Origin: Spirochaetota bacterium
GTDB taxonomy: Bacteria > Spirochaetota > UBA4802 > UBA5550
Direction: 5' to 3'
DNA length: 64,000 bases
Assembly: GCA_963664815.2 (NCBI GenBank)
Contig: CAXXHB010000003.1
Span: forward strand, 2,240,001-2,304,000
Shown here: positions 1 through 8,556 of the stretch, piece by piece
Numbering within the stretch: the stretch's first letter is position 1
Layout of the letters: every line of letters starts with the position of its first letter
The notes under the pieces: model-generated
What the model was told of the DNA's origin: nothing
Seen by the model: only the letters and a program-made list of their open reading frames with translations
Database searches by the model: none
Program-made: the position numbers and the translations under genes

Positions 1-387
1 ATTGCCGTAGGTAAATTTATCAAATCCTGCAGGAACATGACTTGCTTCCTTTCCGGACTTGTCCTTTATACCTTTCGCTTTCCGTTCATCCAGTACGGTC
101 ATAAAGGCGTTGATTCCATTCAATGAACGGGGAAAACCGGCATAAGCATAGATATGAACAAGTATTTCTTTAATCTCATTGATGGTCAATCCATCATTCA
201 ATCCTTGATTCAGGGCAATTTTCAGCTTGCTGATTTCACCGTTCGCTGTGAATGCGGCAATTGGTACTATTTTTTGTTCTTTTATGCTAAGTTTATCACT
301 GCCGGTGTTCTGAGCATTGGAGACTGCAGCAATGCTGAACAAAGCAAGAAACAGTGCTGTAATAATTTTAGATATTTTTCTTTTCAT
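1..387 (-). CDS. Carboxymuconolactone decarboxylase (AhpD/CMD-like) family protein, 3' end outside window
   Basis: Not in the ORF track. Manual translation from ATG 387 gives MKRKISKIITALFLALF...IAAFTANGEISKLKIALNQGLNDGLTINEIKEILVHIYAYAGFPRSLN, a CMD-family signature. RBS AGAGG upstream. Confidence 0.8.
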   Translation of the reverse strand, partial: MKRKISKIITALFLALFSIAAVSNAQNTGSDKLSIKEQKIVPIAAFTANGEISKLKIALNQGLNDGLTINEIKEILVHIYAYAGFPRSLNGINAFMTVLDERKAKGIKDKSGKEASHVPAGFDKFTYGN

Positions 388-449
388 TGGGATCACAACC
401 TCTTATATATTTCGCAGCACTATCTTTCCGGAATGTGCTGCATTATTAT

Positions 450-1562
450 TCAGTTCAATCCTTTCTTTTCTAAAAACTTGTACATCTGGTCTGCTATTTC
501 ATCATTATTCAGATCAGACATCGGGAAATGTGTATTCCCTTTAATACCAATCTCCGGTAAATGAACAACTGTGACATCACCGCCGTGACTGTTTACTACG
601 TCCCTCCATTTCAAGGCTACCTCAAGAAATACACGCCATTGTTCCTGTCCCGGATTCTGTGAAGACTTTTTGGGAATATTATCTCCGTAATAGATGATAA
701 TAGGAATCCTGGTGAGCTTCATAAATTCAGCCATTGGCACAACAGCAGGGTTGATGGTACGGCCTGAGAGTTTTATTGATTCAGGTGCTTCACCTTCGGG
801 AAAAAGAAAATCTCCACCCGGTTCAAAGGAAACTATTCCCTGTATGTTGCTATTTCTGATTGCGCTGCGCCATCCGGGTCCGCCGCTTTGCGAGTGGGTT
901 ATGAGAATACCCTTTCCGACTTTATTGAACAGTTCTGATACTGCCGTTATATTTAACTCAGCATTATAGGGTCCCGTATTTGGAACCATCTGACGAAAAA
1001 ACTGATCAAGAGCTGTTGGATCTTTAGAAAACTGAACTCCGGAATAAAAATCGGGCCAGGCACCAAGACGGAAAATGCCGAACCATAATTGTTCGTCCGG
1101 GGTAGAAGTTAACGTAACCGGTTCAATGCTGCGTGACGCACGTCCCCTCCGGGGCTGATCGATCAGATAAACACCGTATTGTTTACGCAGAAAAATATTC
1201 TGAAATCCTTCACGGCCATCCGGCGTGGTTTCCCACGTTTTTGCTGACTGCCCATGCCCATGCCAGAATACGAGCGGAAATTTACGCGCTTTATCCGGGA
1301 TCTGATAGGATACATATGCATGGTCTCCGTGAAATGTCTGACCGTCAGCGCTGACGCCGTTGGGGTTGTAAGAACCTTGTTTTATCGGATCAAAAACCCC
1401 CGGTGCTTTTATTACTGTTCCACCAACAGCGAAACTTCCCTGCTTCTGAATGATTATTGGTGCGGTTTTGCCGCTGTTATCGGCTAATGCAATCGATGTA
1501 AGATTCGCTCCGATGAGAATAAGCGTTAATGTAACAATTAAATTTTTTAATTTTTTAATCAT
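450..1562 (-). CDS. Exported alpha/beta hydrolase
   Basis: Signal peptide, HGHGQ, THSQSG nucleophile elbow, GNTHF catalytic His region. Confidence 0.8.
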   Translation of the reverse strand: MIKKLKNLIVTLTLILIGANLTSIALADNSGKTAPIIIQKQGSFAVGGTVIKAPGVFDPIKQGSYNPNGVSADGQTFHGDHAYVSYQIPDKARKFPLVFWHGHGQSAKTWETTPDGREGFQNIFLRKQYGVYLIDQPRRGRASRSIEPVTLTSTPDEQLWFGIFRLGAWPDFYSGVQFSKDPTALDQFFRQMVPNTGPYNAELNITAVSELFNKVGKGILITHSQSGGPGWRSAIRNSNIQGIVSFEPGGDFLFPEGEAPESIKLSGRTINPAVVPMAEFMKLTRIPIIIYYGDNIPKKSSQNPGQEQWRVFLEVALKWRDVVNSHGGDVTVVHLPEIGIKGNTHFPMSDLNNDEIADQMYKFLEKKGLN

Positions 1563-1573
1563 AATCCGCCTCC

Positions 1574-2665
1574 TTATTTAAGCGTATTGCTGTAGAATTG
1601 GATCAACTTATCCATGGCTTGATTCACATATTGCGGTTTCCAGTAGGTTTGTATGTGTGTTGCACCATCAATTAAAAATAATTCTTTGCTTTTCGCATTG
1701 ACTCCCTTTTTAAAAGCATCCTGTGTCATATACAGTGAGTCTGCTTTACTGCCGGCAATCATCAGAAGTGGCTGATTTATCAAATCCATATTGCTGGCAG
1801 CATCAAAATTCATTAATGAGAGCAGGCTGCTCATGGTGTATCTGAATGTTGAATTAGGGTGAGCGTGAGTTTTGCCGTAGTATTCAAACCCTTCACGATA
1901 CAAATCAAACGGAAGCTTGGCAATTTGATCATCAGTCAGTTTGGTATCTGCTGCATAGATAATCCCGCCCCCTGCCGCTTCTTTTGCACGGGCATCAGAG
2001 GCTTGCTGTAAACGTTCCTGTATGGTAGATACTTGCGAGTCAATGAAGCCGTTTCGTCTCACAAGGCCTGTATTAAACATGCTCAATGTGGCAACTGCTT
2101 TAAAACGTTTGTCGGTTTGGGCTGCTTTTAAAGAATAACCTCCACCGCCACATATACCAAGTAATCCTATACGTTGACTATCGACTCCAGCGTATGTGCT
2201 GATGTAGTCTGCCATGCCGTGTATGTCTTCTATACGATTTGCAGGCTTGTCCACATTTCGCGGTATACCGCCGCTTGCGCCTTGATACGCTGCATCAGCG
2301 GCAATGGTAATATAACCCTGTTCAGCAAGACGTTGAGCATATAGTCCGGCCACTTGTTCTTTCACTCCACCGTTAGGGTGTGCCACCACTACTGCCGGAT
2401 ATTTTTTCCACCGGCTATAGTCTGCAGGTGTATAAATGTTAGCTGAAATATCAATACCATTCAGTTTGTACCTGACGGTGTGAATATTTACTTTACCTTT
2501 TACATTCTTTTCAATCGCATCTGCATATACCAGAGTAAATGGGTTTTGTTTAAAGTCTGATGCCATTAATTCACAGGATATAATACCGATGATTGCAGCC
2601 AACAACATTGACGGGTACCATCGTTTTTGAGTTATTGATTTATTCATAATGGTAAACATCATCAT
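1574..2665 (-). CDS. Alpha/beta hydrolase (YcjY/dienelactone hydrolase-like)
   Basis: HPNGGVKEQ, GICGGGGY (Cys nucleophile), GATH. Confidence 0.85.
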   Translation of the reverse strand: MMMFTIMNKSITQKRWYPSMLLAAIIGIISCELMASDFKQNPFTLVYADAIEKNVKGKVNIHTVRYKLNGIDISANIYTPADYSRWKKYPAVVVAHPNGGVKEQVAGLYAQRLAEQGYITIAADAAYQGASGGIPRNVDKPANRIEDIHGMADYISTYAGVDSQRIGLLGICGGGGYSLKAAQTDKRFKAVATLSMFNTGLVRRNGFIDSQVSTIQERLQQASDARAKEAAGGGIIYAADTKLTDDQIAKLPFDLYREGFEYYGKTHAHPNSTFRYTMSSLLSLMNFDAASNMDLINQPLLMIAGSKADSLYMTQDAFKKGVNAKSKELFLIDGATHIQTYWKPQYVNQAMDKLIQFYSNTLK

Positions 2666-2725
2666 CTCCTTTTAATTTGATTTTTGTTAATCTTAAAATA
2701 ATTATAACAAAGTCTTAAATAATAA

Positions 2726-2762
2726 GGTAGACCGATACTGCTGTATTATTGCCTATTCCTCT
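2726..2762 (-). promoter_or_regulatory. Putative AraC-family activator binding site (copy 1)
   Basis: 27/37 identical to 4321-4357; TATAAT on - strand at 2706-2701. Confidence 0.65.
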
Positions 2763-2903
2763 ATAATTTAGAAAAAAAATTAAAATTATCAAACTGACGG
2801 ATATCATATCAATGTCATTGTAGTCCAATCATCAATGCCCGTAATTTATTTGTATCTTATTATTACCCAGTCTGTTTAGATATTTTTCAGATATATATAA
2901 GTC

Positions 2904-3539
2904 TTATCCTAAAAAATTGGTAAATACCGGAGTTTCCTTTTCCGGTAGTGAGATACCATGCTCAAGAGCGTATTTTTTACACTTCAAAAAGAATGCCATA
3001 TTCCGGCCCAGAACACGCATTGTATACATACCTTCTTTATCCTGTCTCACTTCTTCCGGGCTGTTACCATATACCTGATTCCAGTATCTTGAAGAAATAA
3101 TAGGCATCTCATGCAGGCCGAAGTATTTATTCATCTGATCATATGTAGCAGTTGATCCTGCTCTCCTGGCGGATATCACAGAGGCTGCTGGTTTCAGATA
3201 AAACATTTCGTTTGCATTTCCGCAAAATTCAGAATAAAATAGTCTATCCATAAAGGAAGTCATACCTCCGCCGGCGGCAGCATAATGGACTGGAGTTCCG
3301 AATATAAATCCATCACTGCCTTTTGTGATTTCACGAAATTCATTTACACTGTCCTGAAAAATACATTTTCCCAGTTCAATACATTTCATGCAGGCAATAC
3401 ATCCGCTGAGCGGCTTGCTCCCGATCCAGAATATTTCCGTGTTAATATTTTCACTGTTTAATACTCCCGCCACCTCAGATAATGCAGTGTATGTGCATCC
3501 TTCCTTGTGAGGGCTTCCGTTTACTAACATTACTTTCAT
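2904..3539 (-). CDS. Iron-sulfur flavoprotein / NADPH-dependent FMN reductase (flavodoxin family)
   Basis: NGSPHKEGCT, CxxCxxCx4C, GTPVHYA. Confidence 0.85.
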   Translation of the reverse strand: MKVMLVNGSPHKEGCTYTALSEVAGVLNSENINTEIFWIGSKPLSGCIACMKCIELGKCIFQDSVNEFREITKGSDGFIFGTPVHYAAAGGGMTSFMDRLFYSEFCGNANEMFYLKPAASVISARRAGSTATYDQMNKYFGLHEMPIISSRYWNQVYGNSPEEVRQDKEGMYTMRVLGRNMAFFLKCKKYALEHGISLPEKETPVFTNFLG

Positions 3540-3559
3540 ATTACAACTCCTTCTGTTTT

Positions 3560-4225
3560 TTAATATCCCAGTTTTTTAAGCCATGCGATAATGTCATACC
3601 TGGCTTGTTGAACGCTGTTTCTTGATACGCTATATCCGTTTCTTATTACTTTTGCTGCAGGTTCAAGTTTTTCAATTGTGTTTATTGTATCCGAAAAACC
3701 ACTCCCCCCATGTGTGTTAAATGGTATAATTTTTTTATCTTTAAGATCATAACCATCAAAAAATGAGTAGAGTATCATCGGCATATCTCCCCACCAGTTC
3801 GGGTATCCGATAAATATTGTATCATATTTTTCCAGATTTTTAATTCGCATTTTTATTTTAGGACGGGTGTTATTTTTCTTTTCTTCACGAGCCTGTTCTA
3901 CAAGTGTTTTATGAAATAAAGGATAGGGAATTTCAGGTTCTATTCGATAGATATCACCGCCGGTATATTCTTGTATCACAGATGCAACATACTGTGTATT
4001 ACCCATTACTTTTCCATTAACAACGACTACACTGTTATCTTCTTCTCTGGACATATTATCTGGATTTGTTGTTTCCGGCATGGAGAAATAGACGATCAGT
4101 ATTTTGTTTTTATTCTTTGTAATTTCTTTCTGTTTATCGTGCGATGAGGCATATGTGTTACTGTAATCAGTTATCCCGGGCAGTACAAATGCAAGTAGTA
4201 GTGCTATCATATATTTTATCTTCAT
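3560..4225 (-). CDS. Flavodoxin with signal peptide
   Basis: VYFS...GNT, GYPNWWGDMP, FNTHGGSG. Confidence 0.85.
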   Translation of the reverse strand: MKIKYMIALLLAFVLPGITDYSNTYASSHDKQKEITKNKNKILIVYFSMPETTNPDNMSREEDNSVVVVNGKVMGNTQYVASVIQEYTGGDIYRIEPEIPYPLFHKTLVEQAREEKKNNTRPKIKMRIKNLEKYDTIFIGYPNWWGDMPMILYSFFDGYDLKDKKIIPFNTHGGSGFSDTINTIEKLEPAAKVIRNGYSVSRNSVQQARYDIIAWLKKLGY

Positions 4226-4320
4226 ATTTATTCCTTATCCTCCTTTTGTCCGGTTCTTTTACCAGCTTTTAGTTTTTCTATAATCCATTATGTGTGTTAT
4301 AATGCAATATTTTGAGTGAC

Positions 4321-4357
4321 GGTAGATTAATTCTGTCTGATTGTTGCCTATTTCTCT
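4321..4357 (-). promoter_or_regulatory. Putative AraC-family activator binding site (copy 2)
   Basis: Repeat of 2726-2762; TATAAC on - strand at 4301-4296, same spacing. Confidence 0.65.
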
Positions 4358-4437
4358 CTTTTGATATAAAAAAATTGACATTAAGTTGAAACATTCATTT
4401 CCTTATAATATCATAGATTACGATAGTGAAGGTATAT

Positions 4438-5376
4438 ATGATTAATGACACAACTACTCTAAAAGATGCAGTCTATGAACTGGCAAAAAGTATTGAACGA
4501 TTAACCGAACATGGTGAGTTGAGGACTACTTCTATTCAGGGTCTTTCTCTATTCCGTAAAACTGAAACATCAGAGCCGCTGACCGGGATGTATGAACCGG
4601 GTGTCTGCCTGATAGCACAGGGAGCTAAACGTGTACTTTTAGGGAGAGATACATTCATATATGATACGAATTATTATCTGTTTTCAGGACTCCCTCTGCC
4701 TGTAACAGCACAAATAATTGAGGCAAGCCAGAAGGCTCCATATCTGGGACTTCGGTTAACCTTTGATTATAGTGATATCACAAAGCTTATGATTGAAAGC
4801 CAGCTACCGCCACCAAAACCAGAAAAAACAGAGCGTGGAATGGCTACAGGTATGCTGACTCTTCCTCTTGTTAATGCTTTCCAGCGTCTGATTGATCTTT
4901 TAGACAATGAGCAGGATATCCCTTTTCTCTCTCCTGTTGTTCAGCGTGAAATATTTTATAGACTGCTCGTGGGGGAACAGGGGAGGAGACTTCGCCAGCT
5001 TGTAGTTGCGGGCTCAGCAAGTCAGCAGGTCGCGGAGGTTGTTGCATGGATTAAATCCAATTTTTCAAAATCGATACGGATTGAAGATCTTGCAGATATG
5101 GCCGAAATGGGTGTATCAACCTTTCATCATCATTTTCGGGAAATGACAGCTTTAAGTCCGTTACAGTTTCAAAAAAGATTAAGACTGCAGGAAGCGCGAA
5201 GGCTGCTGCTGACGGAAAATATCGATGCAGCCACTGCTGCATTTCATGTAGGGTATGAGAGTCCTTCACAATTTAGCCGTGAATATGGTCGTCTCTATGG
5301 TGTTTCACCGATAAGAGATATCGCTGCCCTGCGAAGCGAATCCACAGATATTTTAGCAGAGCAAGTTTACCCTTAA
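4438..5376 (+). CDS. AraC family transcriptional regulator (YqhC-like)
   Basis: YEPGVCLIAQGAK N-domain and C-terminal SPLQFQKRLRL...VGYESPSQFSREY HTH. ATG 4438 has RBS GAAGG; GTG 4426 is an alternative start. Confidence 0.9.
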   Translation: MINDTTTLKDAVYELAKSIERLTEHGELRTTSIQGLSLFRKTETSEPLTGMYEPGVCLIAQGAKRVLLGRDTFIYDTNYYLFSGLPLPVTAQIIEASQKAPYLGLRLTFDYSDITKLMIESQLPPPKPEKTERGMATGMLTLPLVNAFQRLIDLLDNEQDIPFLSPVVQREIFYRLLVGEQGRRLRQLVVAGSASQQVAEVVAWIKSNFSKSIRIEDLADMAEMGVSTFHHHFREMTALSPLQFQKRLRLQEARRLLLTENIDAATAAFHVGYESPSQFSREYGRLYGVSPIRDIAALRSESTDILAEQVYP

Positions 5377-5632
5377 CATCAGTACCTGAATTATTTGAAT
5401 TGTAAACACCCTGTTTTACTGAGTTGATCAGGGTTAAAACAATTCTCTCAAATTTATCAACAATTCCCGATATTATTAAATCCCCGTTTTTTATACAGCC
5501 CGTTACCAGAGGTTCAGCTTTACTCAATTTCTACCTGTCTTGTAATCGCCTTATTAATGAGACCTATTACTTTCTTTCAAACTTCGATATAATTCGTGCT
5601 CCATTCCGCCTTTGTCACGTCCCTTGCGAAAA

Positions 5633-5649
5633 AGCAAGAGCCGTGCCAA
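5633..5649 (-). promoter_or_regulatory. Sigma-54 (-24/-12) promoter
   Basis: TTGGCACGGCTCTTGCT matches consensus YTGGCACGRNNNTTGCW. Confidence 0.6.
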
Positions 5650-5805
5650 TCGGCGAAGCTGACCGGTTCCACACTTATTCCTTTACTTCTTTTCTTTAAG
5701 TTCATAAAACCCAACATCCACCGCGTCCCCCGCCACCCTAAGTAAAGGTAAATTTTTACCTCCAGGGCGGTGCTTGTTTAAGTTTAAAACTCAAATGTCC
5801 AGAAA

Positions 5806-5822
5806 AATCCGGTCGCCCCGAA
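5806..5822 (+). mobile_element. tRNA-Pro 3'-end fragment, putative att (island boundary) scar
   Basis: AATCCGGTCGCCCCGAA is 15/17 identical to the 3' end of tRNA-Pro (50604-50620) and is directly followed by a terminator. Confidence 0.55.
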
Positions 5823-5825
5823 ATT

Positions 5826-5852
5826 AAAGCCTGATTATATCAGGCTTTTCTT
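5826..5852. terminator. Intrinsic terminator (bidirectional-looking)
   Basis: AAAGCCTGAT-tat-ATCAGGCTTT followed by TCTT. Confidence 0.7.
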
Positions 5853-5923
5853 GTCTTTAAATATAACAGACACTCTTCAGGAATCACCGTTGACCAAATA
5901 TTTAATACCTTGCAAACAATACT

Positions 5924-7444
5924 TTAAGCAGTTAATCCCATTTCTCTGATAATAAATCCTGTAAAAGGTTTTATATCGTTATCCGCAGCCACTAAATCCA
6001 GTGATTTCATATATTCTGTTCTTTCGGTTACACGAATTATAGTCCATGGATAACCGGAGGAAACAAGCATCAGATTCATCAGAAATCTTGCGAGCCTGCC
6101 GTTTCCATCCATATACGGGTGTATATATACAAAGAAATAGTGTCCGAGCACAGCTCTCACTGCTCCACTCTCTTCATTCTGAAGCAGGTCAAAGAGTGTT
6201 TCCATGGCATCAACTACAGACTCATACGGAGGAGGAATATGCACAGCGTCTTTGATAAAAACCGGATTTCTTCTATACCCCACAAGATCAGAGGTCTTCA
6301 AAATACCCGCCTGAATCATCGGGAAGAATAACTCACTATACCAGTGTGGTAAACTATCCTTAAAGATGGTTCCGGCATCTGCACCCTTCAATGCAGCCCC
6401 TGCACTTTTCAATACTGCATCATAGGCGAGAGAGTAACCTTTAGCTGCAAGTGCATCACGCTGATTGTTGTCAGACTTGTTTTTGTCAGGATTCCACTCT
6501 CCGGACCTGATTCTTTTTATCAGATAATCTGTGACCCTGTAACCCTCAATCGAAAGAGAATGATAAGCATCTTCATCAACCTTTTCCCTGATTCTGTTTA
6601 TTATTGTATCAGAATCAACACCCTGCATCCTGATTAAAGGTTCGGGAAACAGTTTAATTACATCACCTCTGAAGTTATTCCACATGGTAATAATCCGCGG
6701 TGAATATGGCGATCTGAAGCTTTTAAGCCCGATTGAAGGGACAAACCTGACAAAAGGATTCATCGGTTTAACAGAAAACCCGGCCAGCTTCATATCCCTT
6801 ATAACAGTCTGAGAAGCAGAGCTGTTTCCGGCTTCCAGATAAGCCCCGGCAATTCTTTCGGCAGATGCTATACTTCCTGTATCAATGAGTACTCTTGTTA
6901 TATCAGACACAGATTCAATCATGGATAACGCAATTTCAATATTCTGCGCTTTATTCTGATAATATGATGGAGGAGCCTTAACTACAGAGTAAGGGAGAGG
7001 CATTAGGTTTATTCCATTAATGCTGTTAAGATTTTCAGGTATGGCTTTATTATCCTGATACAACAGCACTGTTACTCCATGGGGCAGATGCACTGTGGTA
7101 TTGCTGCTGTCTCTTGTGAGAATAATAATCTGTGCCGGTATGGTTGTTTCCCCGGCATAAATATCAAGAGATGACTGCGGAGAGAGGCAATACCCATTTT
7201 CACCAAAACGATCAGCCATATACTGTCTGACAAAGGGCCAGTACACACTGAACCAAGCAGTGCTGCTGCCTGATGACTCAGGTGAAACGAGCATATACCA
7301 GCCCCTGACGATTCTTTCAAGAAATCCGGCATTTGTCAGTATTTCCCTTGATCTTACAGAAAGATTATCTGAAGAGATAATCCCTTCATCACTCACCCCC
7401 CTGGCTTCTTCAAGAGCTTTTGCTATTCGTTCATTCAATTCCAT
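5924..7444 (-). CDS. Fic family protein (class II-like, long N-terminal extension)
   Basis: HPYMDGNGRLAR Fic motif; SLSIEG inhibitory motif N-terminal to it. Confidence 0.9.
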   Translation of the reverse strand: MELNERIAKALEEARGVSDEGIISSDNLSVRSREILTNAGFLERIVRGWYMLVSPESSGSSTAWFSVYWPFVRQYMADRFGENGYCLSPQSSLDIYAGETTIPAQIIILTRDSSNTTVHLPHGVTVLLYQDNKAIPENLNSINGINLMPLPYSVVKAPPSYYQNKAQNIEIALSMIESVSDITRVLIDTGSIASAERIAGAYLEAGNSSASQTVIRDMKLAGFSVKPMNPFVRFVPSIGLKSFRSPYSPRIITMWNNFRGDVIKLFPEPLIRMQGVDSDTIINRIREKVDEDAYHSLSIEGYRVTDYLIKRIRSGEWNPDKNKSDNNQRDALAAKGYSLAYDAVLKSAGAALKGADAGTIFKDSLPHWYSELFFPMIQAGILKTSDLVGYRRNPVFIKDAVHIPPPYESVVDAMETLFDLLQNEESGAVRAVLGHYFFVYIHPYMDGNGRLARFLMNLMLVSSGYPWTIIRVTERTEYMKSLDLVAADNDIKPFTGFIIREMGLTA

Positions 7445-7447
7445 ATC

Positions 7448-7647
7448 ATTTACTATAAATTAAATTCCGGTTTTACCAGAAATTAAACTCTCAATATTAA
7501 TTAAACCAATGGTCAAATTACAGTAATTGTCAGCAACTGACGCTGGTTCAGCGTAACATAGCCATATTTTACACGGTTTTTAATCTTAAATAATCAATGT
7601 AGCGGTATTTACTATAAATTACAAGCTTTATTTTATAGAAATTAAAC
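7448..7647. repeat. Bipartite direct repeat upstream of the fic gene
   Basis: ATTTACTATAAATTA-N15-AGAAATTAAAC at 7448-7488 and 7607-7647. Confidence 0.7.
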
Positions 7648-7737
7648 CAGCCAATTACTATAAGTTATATGACTATATTTGAAAAATATAATATCTTCTG
7701 CCTGATTCTCTGTGGATTGTTTTTTAAAATCTTTTAA

Positions 7738-8292
7738 ATTGCAAGACATCTAAGGCCAAAAATCGCGGCTCTTCTGTCAGCATCGGGAAGCGGGTATTCG
7801 GAAATAGCAGAATTGCTGATTTCAAACGGAGCTGATGTCAATGCAAAATCAGATGACCAGTTAACTCCATTGATGATCGCATCAGGTTGTAACCAGTATT
7901 TAAAATGGGAATGTGCCGTGAATAATTACAAGGTGATCAGCCTCCTTCTTGAAAAAGGAGCTGACGTTAATGCAAGGTCAAAATATGGTTCAACTGCACT
8001 TATGTTCGCTGTTGATCAGGAATTCTCGGAAGCTAATCCCTACAAAGATGCTGTAGTTCTGATGATATCAAAAGGAGCCGATGTAAATGCCAGAACAAAT
8101 GACGGGATGACCCCATTGTTATATGCATTATGGAAAAGAAGAAATACTGACGTTATAAGGGTACTGATAAATAAAGGCGCTGATGTAAATGTAAATTATA
8201 GTGACGGCGAGAGTATGTTAAAGTACGCGAAGCGGACAATGTATGATCCGGAATATGTTAATCTTCTACAAAATGCCGGAGCCAGAGAATAA
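7738..8292 (+). pseudogene. 5'-truncated ankyrin repeat protein
   Basis: GADVN ankyrin repeats. The frame is open back to a stop at 7735-7737 and starts mid-repeat (ALLSASGSGYSEIAELLISNGADVN) with no ATG or RBS. Confidence 0.6.
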
Positions 8293-8556
8293 AACGCAAA
8301 AATCCCTTGCAGTTTAACAGCGGGAATTATTTAGATTACATCGATGTCCATATGTTTTTTTATCAGCAAATCAATCTGACTTATAACCAGGTTTTACTTC
8401 TTGAAATTTATTCTACTTTAGCTTTGACATGGGAGTTTGACTCACCGCAAAATTGTATTACTTTACAATAATGACAATAAAAGTGCTTAATCATTCTTGA
8501 CAAAAAGTTAACTACATGCACATACTTTATTAAGCTTTATACTATAAAGGTTAAAA

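Noticed and set aside
154-1487. Plus-strand ORFs over the CMD and hydrolase genes (and similar short antisense ORFs across the window)
   Set aside because: They lie opposite well-supported genes and have no motifs or RBS.
5273-5699. ORFs 5273..5527(-) and 5424..5699(+) as real genes
   Set aside because: TTG starts, no recognisable domain, overlap with araC or each other; at most decayed remnants.
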